Positions 8,515 to 19,218 are shown, numbered from the stretch's first letter. The stretch: 64,000 nt of DNA from an uncultured Candidatus Binatia bacterium (GCA_965215595.1 CBDCDW010000005.1:940323-1004322), one strand, 5' to 3'. Translations and numbers: made by a program. Notes: generated by a model from the letters alone, not told the origin.

Positions 8515-9534
8515 CTAAAGGAGATCCGGTGCAGGCTGTTGTTGGGTGACACAGTGGATTGCCCCTTGCCCATAGATAACAGAGGTACAATCGATTCCCA
8601 CGACATTGTGCTCGGGGAACAGGGAGCTTAATAGTTCCACTACTCTTTGGTCATTGTGGTGCTTGTATTGGGGGACCAGCACAGCTTCGTTTCCGATATA
8701 AAAATTTGCATAACTCGCAGGTAGCCTCGTTCCTTTATACTCCACAGGCCCAGGCATTGGCAGCGGAATCACTTTCAGGGCGGTCCCTTCTTGGTCCTTG
8801 GCTGCTTGCAAAAGTTCATAGTTTTTCTTCAACGAAGGGTAATTTTCGTCCTTGGGGTTTTCCTCAACGGCGCATACCACCGTGTTGGGATCCACAAACC
8901 GTGCCAGGTTGTCGATATGACCGTCAGTGTCATCTCCCAAAATTCCATCATCAAGCCAGATAAAATGACCAACACCCAGATGATCTCTCAGGGTCCGTTC
9001 GATATCGTCTAGCTTCAAAAGGGAATTACGATTCGGATTCAACAAGCACTGTGTGGTAGACATGCAAGTCCCAGATCCATTCACCTCAATGGAGCCTCCT
9101 TCCAGAATCAGTCCAGGCTTGAATTCAGGGAGCTGGAGAAGGGTCGCGATTTTCCCTGCAACGCTGTCATCTTCGAGGTAGGTGTCATACTTTCGGCCCC
9201 AGGCATTGAACACCCAATTGTTGAGACCGACTCTAGTTTTCCCTTCCGTCCGAGTAATAAAGGTTGGCCCGTAGTCTCTAATCCACACATCCACCGTCGG
9301 AATCTTCAAAAAGGACACGTTCGCAAGTTCAGCGCCTGAAGCGCCGATTTTTTCCACGGCGTCCCTTTCAGTATCCTCGTCATTAACCAGGAGACAAACC
9401 TTCTCTCCCCGTGAGAGGGTTGCCACCATTTGGACCCAGACATCTTGAACTACCTCAATGGGATCAGGCCAGGCCTCAGGATTCTGCGGCCAGGCCAACC
9501 AGGTGGCCTCGTGGATTACCCACTCCGCCGGCAT
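8515..9534 (-). CDS. aguA: Agmatine deiminase (porphyranase-type peptidyl-arginine deiminase family)
   Basis: WPQNPEAW, DDGILGDDTDGHIDN and a C-terminal GAIHCVTQQQP (catalytic Cys) are present. Start taken at internal Met 9534, because the longer ORF to 9738 would overlap aguB by 125 nt. Confidence 0.8.
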   Translation of the reverse strand: MPAEWVIHEATWLAWPQNPEAWPDPIEVVQDVWVQMVATLSRGEKVCLLVNDEDTERDAVEKIGASGAELANVSFLKIPTVDVWIRDYGPTFITRTEGKTRVGLNNWVFNAWGRKYDTYLEDDSVAGKIATLLQLPEFKPGLILEGGSIEVNGSGTCMSTTQCLLNPNRNSLLKLDDIERTLRDHLGVGHFIWLDDGILGDDTDGHIDNLARFVDPNTVVCAVEENPKDENYPSLKKNYELLQAAKDQEGTALKVIPLPMPGPVEYKGTRLPASYANFYIGNEAVLVPQYKHHNDQRVVELLSSLFPEHNVVGIDCTSVIYGQGAIHCVTQQQPAPDLL

Positions 9535-9613
9535 GGAATAGCCTTCCTCTCTAGGGAGATGCGATGTTTTGGCAGGTTTTTGGGCGGAGGTGCCGGATTC
9601 CAACTGACCTCTC

Positions 9614-10495
9614 CTACCCAGAAGAGTCTTGATCGAGGAAACGGGCTGTAAGGGCCCCGTAGGCGTCAATGCGCCGATCCCTAAGGAACGGCCAGTTTTG
9701 GCGTGTCTCTTCGATCTTATTGAGATCGCACTTGGCAATTAAAATCTCCTCCTTGGTTTCACTGGCCTCAGCGACCATCTCGCCAAAGGGATCCACCACA
9801 AATGAGCTCCCCCAGAACTGGAGCTTTCCCTCGCGCCCAACACGGTTTACTGCGGCGACGTAGACACCATTGGCCACCGCATGACCCTGTTGCACCAGCT
9901 TCCACGCCAGGCGTTGGGATTTCGCTGCCGCAGGAGTGTCTTCGGGTATCCTCCCGATGGCCGTGGGGTAGACGATAATTTGCGCCCCGCTCAGGGCAAT
10001 CAGACGGGCTGCCTCAGGAAACCACTGATCCCAGCAGATGAGAATACCAATTTTACCGTAACGGGTTTTGAAACTCGGAAACCCCAGGTCTCCAGGGGTG
10101 AAATAGAACTTTTCGTAATAGCAAGGATCGTCTGGAATATGCATCTTACGATACTTACCCAAAATGGATCCGTCCACGTCGAGTACCACCGCCGTGTTGT
10201 GGTAGATACCCGCAGAACGTCTTTCAAATAGCGAGGCAATGATAACAATTTTTTCTTTCCTGGCCAGCTGGCTTAAAATCTCTGTGGTGGGACCGGGAAT
10301 GGGCTCCGCCAGATTGAACAGCTTGGCATCTTCACTTTGGGGAAAGTAAGGGGACATGAAGAGTTCTTGAAGACAGATGATTTGGGCTCCCTTGTGGGCA
10401 GCCGCACAAATCTTATCGGTGGTCTTGGCAAGATTGAATTTGGGGTCCTTTCCTGCCTTCACCTGAATAAGACCCAAGGTTACTTTATCTGACAC
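9614..10495 (-). CDS. aguB: N-carbamoylputrescine amidase (carbon-nitrogen hydrolase family)
   Basis: 293 aa. The nitrilase-superfamily E-K-C triad context is present (QELF...; ...KMH...; ILICWDQWFPE). The gene lies directly upstream of aguA. Confidence 0.8.
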   Translation of the reverse strand: MSDKVTLGLIQVKAGKDPKFNLAKTTDKICAAAHKGAQIICLQELFMSPYFPQSEDAKLFNLAEPIPGPTTEILSQLARKEKIVIIASLFERRSAGIYHNTAVVLDVDGSILGKYRKMHIPDDPCYYEKFYFTPGDLGFPSFKTRYGKIGILICWDQWFPEAARLIALSGAQIIVYPTAIGRIPEDTPAAAKSQRLAWKLVQQGHAVANGVYVAAVNRVGREGKLQFWGSSFVVDPFGEMVAEASETKEEILIAKCDLNKIEETRQNWPFLRDRRIDAYGALTARFLDQDSSG

Positions 10496-10676
10496 GCCTT
10501 CAACCCCCTTGCGGCTTATTTTATCACAAATTAACAGAAGTCTCTTCCAAAGATTTCTTCAATTGGAAAGCCGAGCGCCGAGACCAACGGGGGTAGCTCA
10601 ACAAGACTGAAAAAATGGAACGAGGAGGCAAGGCACTGCAATTCTTTCCTCCTCCCGTAAGAACTCTGGAGGTCGT

Positions 10677-11402
10677 CTATTTTAAGTGCTGCGCAAAAAA
10701 GGTTTTAGTCTTTTCCCACGCGTCATCCGCGGAAGCTTTATGATAACTCTGCTGTCTATCATTACAGAAGAAGCCGTGGCCCGGTTCAGGATAGACTTTG
10801 AGAGAAAAATCCTTCTTGTTGTCGGTCAACGCTTTGTTGACTGCATCCACGTGTTCCTTGGGGATGAACGAGTCCTTGCCGCCAAAAAAGAGGGTCATGG
10901 GACAGTTAATCTCGCCGGTACGATCCAGAGGGCTTGGTTTACCAAGAGGGATACCCCCGCCGTAGAAGACCACAGCCGCTTTGATGTCCTTGTTGTGGTG
11001 GGCCGCTGTGAGATAAGTAAAACGCCCTCCCATGCAAAATCCCGTCACGCCAATGGCCCCTTGCTTTACATAGCCCTGTGCCTTCAAGTGGGTCAGAGCG
11101 ACACCCACGTCGTCCATGATCTTGGGGTCTTGCAATTGGTTCATGATCCCAACAGCCTTCTTCAGGTCTTCGTAGGGAACAATCCTTTCAGATTCCCTAT
11201 GGTAAAGATCTGGCGCAATGGCGACGTATCCCTCACCGGCCACCCGCTCGGTTACGTCTTTGATGTGACTGTTGATACCAAAGGCCTCCATCAGTACGAT
11301 GATAGCCGGACAGGGCCCTCCGTCCTTAGGCCTTGCCTCATAGGCCTCCATTTTTCCATCACTGGTATCAAGCTGGTGAGTAGCTGTTGTAATATCCATC
11401 AT
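10677..11402 (-). CDS. Dienelactone hydrolase family protein
   Basis: 241 aa. Nucleophile elbow GFCMGG and a C-terminal ...PEPGHGF, as in DLH-fold hydrolases. Confidence 0.75.
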   Translation of the reverse strand: MMDITTATHQLDTSDGKMEAYEARPKDGGPCPAIIVLMEAFGINSHIKDVTERVAGEGYVAIAPDLYHRESERIVPYEDLKKAVGIMNQLQDPKIMDDVGVALTHLKAQGYVKQGAIGVTGFCMGGRFTYLTAAHHNKDIKAAVVFYGGGIPLGKPSPLDRTGEINCPMTLFFGGKDSFIPKEHVDAVNKALTDNKKDFSLKVYPEPGHGFFCNDRQQSYHKASADDAWEKTKTFFAQHLK

Positions 11403-11726
11403 TCGTCTCCTTTCACAATAAAAAATCTCCAGGAGGTGTATTGATCAGTACCTCTAGCAAATTTTAAATATTTCATCCAGCCTGTTAAGTGATAACACTT
11501 CATACTACGCGAGAGGTCCAAGCATTCGCAGGAATTATTGTTTCCAATTGCAAATAGAGCCTGCTCGTCTAGGGGGATGATTTCCTGACCACAGGGGGCT
11601 AATTACTAAAAATGGAGAAGAAAAGAAATACAGGGGATTTCCTGGTCACTATGGGCGTTTAAAGAACAACGCGGATTTAGCTCCGGGCAGGTCTGCGGGC
11701 TCAAGGCATGGCACTAGTCAGTGCAA

Positions 11727-12956
11727 CTATTTTCCCACTATGGGACTGAAGCGATTGAGAAATTTGGCTTCACTCATCTTTCCCGCCGTCGCTAACCTCT
11801 TAACCATTGCCTTATCTTTGAGGTCCTCGGGTCTCAACCGGATCATGTACTCGAGCAGTGCCTGATAGGTCTCCGATTCCATGTCCACATACCTCACGCG
11901 GATCTTTCCGGTCTGCGGGTCAATCATCTCGTCAAACGGGATGGGCACCAGTCGTCCCGCCTGGATGGTAACCATGGCATCGCTCCCACCTTCTATAAGA
12001 AAACGGGTGGCCCAAAACCCCAGACTACGGCAGTACTGAATATCATGGGCTCCCGGTGAAGCGCATCTGAGCTCATAGCCCAGATGCTTCGCCACGATGG
12101 TGACGGGAAGATCCCTCGCCTGCAAACTGGCGGAAACCCGTTCCTTTAAAAATCTGCTCAGATCCAGCTCGCTCAACCGCACATTACCAAAAGCGTCCTT
12201 TTCAATTCCTTTTAGAGTTTCAGGATCCAACCGCGCCGCGAGTCCCTCTGAAAGAAGCACCACGCCGTGCTCACGCCCCTGCGCTCGCCGTTTGATAATG
12301 GCTGCCTCGATAACATCCCTGATCCGATCGAGGCTAATGTTTCCTTCGGGAAACTCTTCCGCGATCAAAGTAAGAGTGGCCCCTGCCGCCCCACCGATAC
12401 CAAGGGCCAGGTGCCCCGCACTCCTTCCCATAACGGTAACAAAAAACCATCGTTCCGTAGTCACTGCATCCTGCATTAGGTTACGAACCAGGTCCTTACC
12501 CAGGTTGCAGGCTGTGGTGAAACCAAAGGTGACAATATCGGCAGGTAAGGGTAAGTCGTTGTCGATAGTTTTGGGAACGTGAGCAACGGTGATGTCGGGT
12601 GAAGCCTTAGCGATTTGCGATGCCGCAAAGGCCGTGTCGTCTCCACCCAAGGTTAAGAGGTATTGCACCCCGAGGCTTTGAAGTGTTTCTACCACCCGGC
12701 GCACACCGTCTGGACTACGGGTAGGATTGGTTCGCGAGGTAAGAAGAACGGATCCCCCCTCGAAATGAATCCGTGAGACATCGCCGATATCCAGCTCAAC
12801 AATATGTTGGGTGTCCCCTTGAACCAGCCAGCGGAAGCCATGGTAGCAACCGAGGACCTGCAGACCCCGATTACGCGCCTCGATGGTGGCAGCGGCGATC
12901 ACCGCGTTGATGCCCGGGGCAGGGCCTCCCCCCACAAGAATTGCCAGCTTCTTCAT
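11727..12956 (-). CDS. pfp: Pyrophosphate-dependent 6-phosphofructokinase (PFK-A family)
   Basis: GGDDT instead of GGDGS, and PKTIDNDL instead of GTIDND. These are the two substitutions that characterise PPi- rather than ATP-dependent PFKs. Confidence 0.75.
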   Translation of the reverse strand: MKKLAILVGGGPAPGINAVIAAATIEARNRGLQVLGCYHGFRWLVQGDTQHIVELDIGDVSRIHFEGGSVLLTSRTNPTRSPDGVRRVVETLQSLGVQYLLTLGGDDTAFAASQIAKASPDITVAHVPKTIDNDLPLPADIVTFGFTTACNLGKDLVRNLMQDAVTTERWFFVTVMGRSAGHLALGIGGAAGATLTLIAEEFPEGNISLDRIRDVIEAAIIKRRAQGREHGVVLLSEGLAARLDPETLKGIEKDAFGNVRLSELDLSRFLKERVSASLQARDLPVTIVAKHLGYELRCASPGAHDIQYCRSLGFWATRFLIEGGSDAMVTIQAGRLVPIPFDEMIDPQTGKIRVRYVDMESETYQALLEYMIRLRPEDLKDKAMVKRLATAGKMSEAKFLNRFSPIVGK

Positions 12957-13005
12957 GTCAAGCGGAGAACTTTGAATCCAGCGGAAAAGAACGGAGCAAG
13001 TAGTC

Positions 13006-14295
13006 TCAACCTCGTTGGTTCATAGGCACATAGGCGCGTTCCTCCGCGCCCAGATAGATCTGCCTTGGCCGGGCGAGCTTCTGTTCGGAATCCAGCAGCA
13101 TCTCTTCCCACTGGGCAATCCAGCCTGAGGTCCGTGGTATGGCAAAAAGCACTGGGAACATATCCTGGGGGAGCCCCATGGACTGGTAAATAAGGCCAGA
13201 GTAAAAATCCACGTTGGGATAGAGTTTACGTTTAATAAAGTAATCGTCCTCTAAGGCGATGCGTTCCAGTTCCAGGGCGATGTCGAGAAGGGGATTGCGA
13301 CCTGTGACCTGGAACACAGCGTCTGCGGTTTTCTTGATGATTTTTGCGCGCGGATCATAGTTTTTATAGACACGGTGACCAAACCCCATGAGCCGTCCCT
13401 CACCACCCTTCACCTTCTTGATAAAGTCGTTAACTTTATCCTTCGATCCAATCTCCATGAGCATCCGCAACACCGCTTCGTTGGCCCCCCCGTGCAAAGG
13501 ACCGTATAAGGCGGCCGCAGAGGCAGCCACCGAGCAATAGGGATCCACTTGCGAGCTGCCCACACCGCGCATGGTGTTGGTGCTACAGTTCTGCTCGTGA
13601 TCAGCGTGAAGGATAAACAGAACATCCAGCGCCTTCTCCAGCACTGGATTGGGTTTGTATTGGAGCTCGGTCATCTTGAACATCATGTTGAGAAAGTTAC
13701 CCGGATAACTAAATTCGTTGACAGGATAAACATAAGGCAACCCGAGACTATGTCGATAAGCGTAGGCCGCAACGGTTGGCAGCTTCCCTAAAAGGCGGTA
13801 GGTCTGTATCCTGCGCGACTCTGCGCTGAAAATATTCTTCGCATCAGGATAAAAAGTTGACAGGGCTGCCACTGCACTAATCACCATCCCCATTGGATGC
13901 GCGTCGTAGTGAAAGCCATCCACGAACTTTTTAATGCTCTCGTGGACCATGGTATGATTGATGACATTCCAATTCCATTCTTCCAACTGTGAAGTGGTGG
14001 GAAGTTCACCATTGACCAAGAGATAGGCAGTCTCGAGGTAGTTACTCTTTTCAGCCAGCTGTTCAATGGGATAGCCGCGGTACCGTAAGATGCCCACGTC
14101 GCCGTCAATGAAAGTGACACGACTCTGGCAGGAAGCGGTATTCATGAAACCAGGATCATAACTCATCAAACCGAAATCATCTTCGGAAACTTTGATGTTG
14201 CGCAGATCCGAGGCGTTGATGGCACCGTCCTTGACCGGCAGCTCATAGCTCTTTCCAGTACGATTATCGACAACAGACAGCGTATCAGAAGCCAT
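13006..14295 (-). CDS. gltA: Citrate synthase (type II)
   Basis: LHADHEQNCSTNTMR, GPLHGGANE and GFGHRVYKNYDPRA motifs are present. Start placed at MASDT (14295); a longer ORF begins at 14328. Confidence 0.85.
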   Translation of the reverse strand: MASDTLSVVDNRTGKSYELPVKDGAINASDLRNIKVSEDDFGLMSYDPGFMNTASCQSRVTFIDGDVGILRYRGYPIEQLAEKSNYLETAYLLVNGELPTTSQLEEWNWNVINHTMVHESIKKFVDGFHYDAHPMGMVISAVAALSTFYPDAKNIFSAESRRIQTYRLLGKLPTVAAYAYRHSLGLPYVYPVNEFSYPGNFLNMMFKMTELQYKPNPVLEKALDVLFILHADHEQNCSTNTMRGVGSSQVDPYCSVAASAAALYGPLHGGANEAVLRMLMEIGSKDKVNDFIKKVKGGEGRLMGFGHRVYKNYDPRAKIIKKTADAVFQVTGRNPLLDIALELERIALEDDYFIKRKLYPNVDFYSGLIYQSMGLPQDMFPVLFAIPRTSGWIAQWEEMLLDSEQKLARPRQIYLGAEERAYVPMNQRG

Positions 14296-14439
14296 ATTAA
14301 TGATCTCCCGCCTCGTTTCCAGACCCATTGAAATGATCCTTTTTAGAACATCCCACGTCGCCAGTCAACTTTTCCAATTGGATACCTATGGCTTTTGTTT
14401 GCAACTGCAATCTCCCCAGTTTTCGCGCCACCGACCCCC

Positions 14440-14898
14440 TCAGGCTTCTGCTGGGTCCATGGTCCAGCTAACCGTCCAATCCTTCTTGCGGCGCGAGAGA
14501 CACACCACAGAGGCTGTATGGAATTCAATAACTTGCGCACCTGAATTACCGTTGAGTAACATTGTAGCGAGACGATTGAGATGCGGCAGGTGACCCACCA
14601 CTATCAACGACTTGCCTGAGGCCTCGAGTTCCGCCTTGGTCACCATAGGATTATCTTCAGGTCCTAGACCATTCATTTCGCATATGCCCTCAGTGGGAAC
14701 CACATTACGAGCCAAAATTTCAGCCGTTTGTTTTGCCCTGAGCTTGTTTGAATGGAAAACCCTTGATGCCGTCATCCCCTTCTTCACCACCGCCCGGGAT
14801 ACCCGGTCCACGTCCTCCCGGCCCCGGCTACTCAAAGGACGTTCGGGATCCTCTTCTTCTGATTTGGCCTCCCCATGCCTCATCAGATACAAACGCAT
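14440..14898 (-). CDS. sixA: Phosphohistidine phosphatase SixA
   Basis: 152 aa. N-terminal LMRHGEA (catalytic RHG) of the histidine phosphatase superfamily. Confidence 0.75.
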   Translation of the reverse strand: MRLYLMRHGEAKSEEEDPERPLSSRGREDVDRVSRAVVKKGMTASRVFHSNKLRAKQTAEILARNVVPTEGICEMNGLGPEDNPMVTKAELEASGKSLIVVGHLPHLNRLATMLLNGNSGAQVIEFHTASVVCLSRRKKDWTVSWTMDPAEA

Positions 14899-14986
14899 AT
14901 TAGTCCTCCCAGGATTTTATCCTCACGAAGACCCCATACCACCGACTCCATCCCCAGCGCAATATTGAATTTATGCGCTACAGCGA

Positions 14987-15541
14987 TCAGTCCTTAAATG
15001 ATTGACTTTCGAGAAATACATCGGCATCGTTCTGACTGAAAAAGACCAGATGAACCTCCGTCAGGCTCGTACCGGAAGCGAGAAACTCTTGTATGGCTTT
15101 GGAACACACTTGGGCCGCTTCATCCAGGGGGTAGCCGTAAACCCCAGTGGAAATGGCTGGGAAGGCGACTGTATTAAGACCATTCTCCACGGCGAGGGCT
15201 AGAGAGTTCCGATAACATGACGCCAGTTCTTTTGCTTTCTCTTTTCCACCCCGACCATAGACAGGACCCACCGTGTGAATGACGTATTTGGAAACCATCT
15301 TTCCCGCTGTGGTTATCACGGCACGCCCTGTGGGCAATCCATCTGGATAATGATCTTGGCGAATCTCCTCACAGGCATGTAAGATTTCCGTACCACCGGC
15401 ACGGTGGATGGCACCGTCCACTCCCCCACCACCCATCAAGGAACTGTTGGCCGCATTAACAATCGCGTCCACTTTATCCCTTGTGATATCCCCAACCATA
15501 ACCACCACCTTCTCATTGACAAATCTTCTCAACTCTTCCAT
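14987..15541 (-). CDS. Macro-domain protein (O-acetyl-ADP-ribose deacetylase, YmdB-like)
   Basis: VVNAANSSLMGGGGVDGAIHRAGG and GVYGYPLDEAA macro-domain motifs. Start taken at MEELRRF. Confidence 0.75.
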   Translation of the reverse strand: MEELRRFVNEKVVVMVGDITRDKVDAIVNAANSSLMGGGGVDGAIHRAGGTEILHACEEIRQDHYPDGLPTGRAVITTAGKMVSKYVIHTVGPVYGRGGKEKAKELASCYRNSLALAVENGLNTVAFPAISTGVYGYPLDEAAQVCSKAIQEFLASGTSLTEVHLVFFSQNDADVFLESQSFKD

Positions 15542-15738
15542 TACAGACCCTGAGTAGCCCAGTGCACAACGCCTCATAGCGGAAAACAAATGCAATTTCT
15601 ATACCACGGCATTTCTCAAACAGGGACAAAAAATCAAGCAAAAAAATGGCTGGATTTTTTGCCCCGTCCAGAGGACAATGGGCCTTTTCGCGGAACGTAG
15701 CTGAATTCCAAGTCCACAGAGGAGCATAGCGGAGCACT

Positions 15739-17108
15739 ATGGAAGCGATATTTGATTTCATAGGTGTCGTTAATTCGTTTGTCTGGGGTCCCCCCATGAT
15801 TATCTTTCTGATCGGGACCGGGATCTGGCTCACCTTGGGGACCCGATTTGTACAGGTCCGGCGATTTGTCCACGCGTGGCGCCTCACTCTTGGCAGCGCC
15901 TTTCACAGGGGACAATCGAGTGCGGAAACGGGGGATATAACGCCTTTCCAGGCGTTAATGACCGCTCTTTCGGCCACGGTTGGCAACGGTAATATCGCAG
16001 GTGTTGCCACCGCCATTGCCCTCGGCGGGCCCGGTGCGCCGGTTTGGATGTGGCTAACCGGACTCGTGGGGATGGCTACGAAATACGCGGAGGCACTACT
16101 AGGCGTGCAATACCGTGAACAAGCATCTGACGGGACCATGTCCGGGGGCCCCATGTACGTGCTGAAAAATGGACTGGGTCTTTACTGGCTCGGGGGAATC
16201 TTTGCATTTTGCGGAAGCATCACTGCCTTGGGGATTGGCAACATGGTTCAGGCTAATTCGGTGGCCTTGATCTTCCGCACCGAGTTAGGGATTCCGGTTG
16301 TGATTACCGGTATCGGCCTGGCCGTGCTTACCTGGTTGGTAATCATTGGAGGGATCAAGCGGATTGCCACAGTGGCTGAGGTCCTGGTTCCAGTCATGTG
16401 TGTGGCGTACTTAATTGGTGGCTTGATTATTATCATCGTTAAGAGCGCCGAAATACCGGCTGCCTTTAGTATCATTTTTGAAAGCGCCTTTTCAGGCCAG
16501 GCGGCGGTGGGGGGATTTGCAGGGGCCGGGATCTCACAAGCCATTCGCTTTGGAGTGGCGAGGGGGATATTTTCCAATGAAGCTGGCATAGGTTCTGCCG
16601 GGATCGCCCATGGCGCAGCTAAAACACGCTCGCCTGCTCGCCAGGGCAATGTCGCTATGCTCGGGGTTTTTATTGACACCCCCTGGTCATCAACACCATC
16701 ACGACCCTGGCCATTGTACTCACAGGCGCATGGTCCACAGGTCTAACCAGCACAACCCTTACTGCACATGCCTTCAGTAGCGTGCTCGGAAACGTGGGCG
16801 GTTGGATCGTGGCCTTTGGATCGGTGACCTTCGGTTATTCCACGCTTCTGACATGGTCCTACTACGGTTTAAAGTGCACGGATTATCTTTTTGGCAACAG
16901 GGTATCCCTACATTACCGTTGGTTCTGGTGCCTTGTTATCATCGTAGGGGCCTATTTTTCAGGTGATGTTGCCGGGGTAAAATTTATCTGGGACATCGCC
17001 GACACGGTGAATGGAGCCATGGCTATCCCTAACTTGATTGCACTCATCTGGATGAGTCCCCTGCTCTTTCGTGAGACCAAGGCCTATGACCCCAAGGCCC
17101 AGAATTGA
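15739..17108 (+). CDS. Sodium:alanine symporter (AGCS) family transporter carrying an apparent frameshift at a C5 run (16679-16683)
   Basis: ORFs 15739..16746 and 16782..17108 are the N- and C-terminal parts of one AGCS protein. A third frame reads continuously (..VFIDT-PLVINTITTLAIVLTGAW..) across the C run. Confidence 0.7.
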
Positions 17109-17221
17109 GAGATGGAGGTTAGGAACTCAGAAGGATGGACCCATAACGGCACATTGCCTTGCATAAACCACGGTGTTAAAAACAGTACTTACAACGGCCA
17201 ATCCAGAGTCCACAGGTTAAA

Positions 17222-17929
17222 ATGATTTACCAAACTAGAAGCGCCATGTTCAGCGGCGGGGGGATCACGCCGGCAGTAAAGTTATTGCTTATTGCCAACG
17301 TCGTGGTTTTCATTTTCCAAACATTCATGGATTACAGTTTCGTCCTTATTTTCGGCTTGGTGCCTCAACTGGTGTGGAAGGAGTACTACCTTTGGCAGCT
17401 CTTTACCTATCAGTTTCTTCATGGCGGAATCTTTCATCTCTTGTTTAACATGCTTGCCCTGTGGATGTTTGGCTGCGATCTTGAACGGAGGTGGGGATCA
17501 AAGTTCTTTACCAAGTACTATTTTGTTTCAGCAGTAGGTGGAGGCATTCTCAACGCGATCCTCATGCCCTCTCAGATGGTCCCCAGCATCGGTGCCTCAG
17601 GGGGAATCTATGGGATTCTGCTCGCCTATGGGCTCACCTATCCAAACCGAACCGTCTACTTCTACTTCCTATTCCCCATCAAAATGAAGCATTTCGTGAT
17701 GATCATCGGAGCCATTGCCCTATACTCCTCTTTCACTTCAAGCGGTTCCGGGATCGCCCATCTTGCCCATATGGGGGGTATGGTATTCGGCTATTTCTAT
17801 CTCCGCTGGGGAAACCCCTTGGTCTGGCTAATTTTATTCTTTGATCGATACCGCTTAGCCCGCCGCAAACGTCGGTTCCGGATTATCACCGGTGATAGAG
17901 ACGATGATTCCAAGCCTACCCTGCACTAA
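17222..17929 (+). CDS. Rhomboid-family intramembrane serine protease
   Basis: GASGGIYG (catalytic Ser) and AHMGGMVFG (catalytic His) lie within a multi-TM protein. Confidence 0.8.
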   Translation: MIYQTRSAMFSGGGITPAVKLLLIANVVVFIFQTFMDYSFVLIFGLVPQLVWKEYYLWQLFTYQFLHGGIFHLLFNMLALWMFGCDLERRWGSKFFTKYYFVSAVGGGILNAILMPSQMVPSIGASGGIYGILLAYGLTYPNRTVYFYFLFPIKMKHFVMIIGAIALYSSFTSSGSGIAHLAHMGGMVFGYFYLRWGNPLVWLILFFDRYRLARRKRRFRIITGDRDDDSKPTLH

Positions 17930-18066
17930 GCGGGTACCTTTACAGAAAGACGGCACCCCTTTGTACCTCGATGGTTCTGTATTCCCGACCGCATTTTCCA
18001 TGGAGGGGACAAGGACGTTGAAATGACCCGGCTCAGTGCAGATAGAATTTTAAAGAGGCGGGTTGG

Positions 18067-19218
18067 ATGAGACGAAAAGGTGTGTGCCTGGTGGGCTACG
18101 GTTCAACTGAGTACTCACGGCAATCAGAAAAGCCGCTCCTTTCCCATTTCTCTGATGCCATTGGTCAAGCCCTCCAACAAACCGGTCTTCATAAAAAAGA
18201 GATTCAGGGGTTCTCAGTCACCACTCAGGCTAGTCCAGACCAGTCTCCATTTGTTGCCGAGCAGCTAGGGTTAGAATTGGATTGGGTACTCAACGGGGAC
18301 TACGGTGGGGCAGGTGGTGTGATGAGCCTCAGACGCGCCGCAGACGCCATAGAGGCAGGTCACATTGACCTAGCCGTATTGGTGGGCGGTAATTCCTTTG
18401 ACAAGACTGTCAGCCATCAAAGGATTCTGGAATACCAAAGGTCCAACTATGTGGATGTCTTTGGCTATGGTGGTCCCAACACTCTATTCGCCCTGGTGGA
18501 ACGACGTCACATGGAAGAGTACGGAACCCAACTGGAACAAATCGGTAAGATCGCAGTCACTCAGAGGGGAAATGCCAGGTTAAATCCCCAGGCGCTATTG
18601 CGTAACCCAATAACTATGGAGGATTATCTCAATTCACGTTTGATTTCCGATCCAATCCGCCTATTCGACTGTGTTATGCCCTGCTCCGGTGCCGAGTGCA
18701 TTGTGATTGCTTCGGAGGAACGGGCAAAACAGATCACGGGTAAATTGGTTTATTTGGTGACCGATGCAGAAAAAGTAAACTACCAGGTTGGAGTGATGCT
18801 TCCCGACAAGACCACAACAGGGATGAAGATCGTAGGTGAGAGGCTCTTTGCCGAGGTAAACAGGGATAAAATTGATCTCTGTGAAATTTACGACGACTAT
18901 CCCATCGCCGTGCTGATCCAGCTTGAAGACCTGGGTTTCTGTGGGAAGGGGGACGGGGGGAAATTCGTGGAAGCCCACGATCTATCTTTTAGTGGTGATT
19001 TTCCCCTTAACACGGGCGGAGGGCAGCTCTCGGTGGGTCAGGCGGGTTTGGGGGGCGGTTATCTCCACCTGGTGGAAGCCCTGCGGCAGCTCCGTGGCGA
19101 AGCCGGACTTCGACAGGTTGCCAATGCCGAGAGGGCCCTAGTGACAGGTATCGGATGGCTTGCCTATGGACGTAACTTGATCTGCACGGCCGGGTTGGTC
19201 ATGGAACGGAGGTCGTGA
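18067..19218 (+). CDS. Thiolase-like protein (SCP-x/lipid-transfer-type thiolase superfamily)
   Basis: 383 aa with a thiolase C-terminal domain pattern. It pairs with the downstream DUF35 gene by a 4 bp ATGA overlap. Confidence 0.65.
   Translation: MRRKGVCLVGYGSTEYSRQSEKPLLSHFSDAIGQALQQTGLHKKEIQGFSVTTQASPDQSPFVAEQLGLELDWVLNGDYGGAGGVMSLRRAADAIEAGHIDLAVLVGGNSFDKTVSHQRILEYQRSNYVDVFGYGGPNTLFALVERRHMEEYGTQLEQIGKIAVTQRGNARLNPQALLRNPITMEDYLNSRLISDPIRLFDCVMPCSGAECIVIASEERAKQITGKLVYLVTDAEKVNYQVGVMLPDKTTTGMKIVGERLFAEVNRDKIDLCEIYDDYPIAVLIQLEDLGFCGKGDGGKFVEAHDLSFSGDFPLNTGGGQLSVGQAGLGGGYLHLVEALRQLRGEAGLRQVANAERALVTGIGWLAYGRNLICTAGLVMERRS

Noticed and set aside
10686-11444. 252 aa plus-strand ORF antisense to the dienelactone hydrolase gene
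   Set aside because: It is entirely antisense to a well-supported gene, with no motifs. A typical shadow ORF.
12097-12582. 161 aa ORF antisense to the PPi-PFK gene
   Set aside because: It is a shadow ORF inside a conserved gene. Low-complexity Ser/Arg-rich translation.
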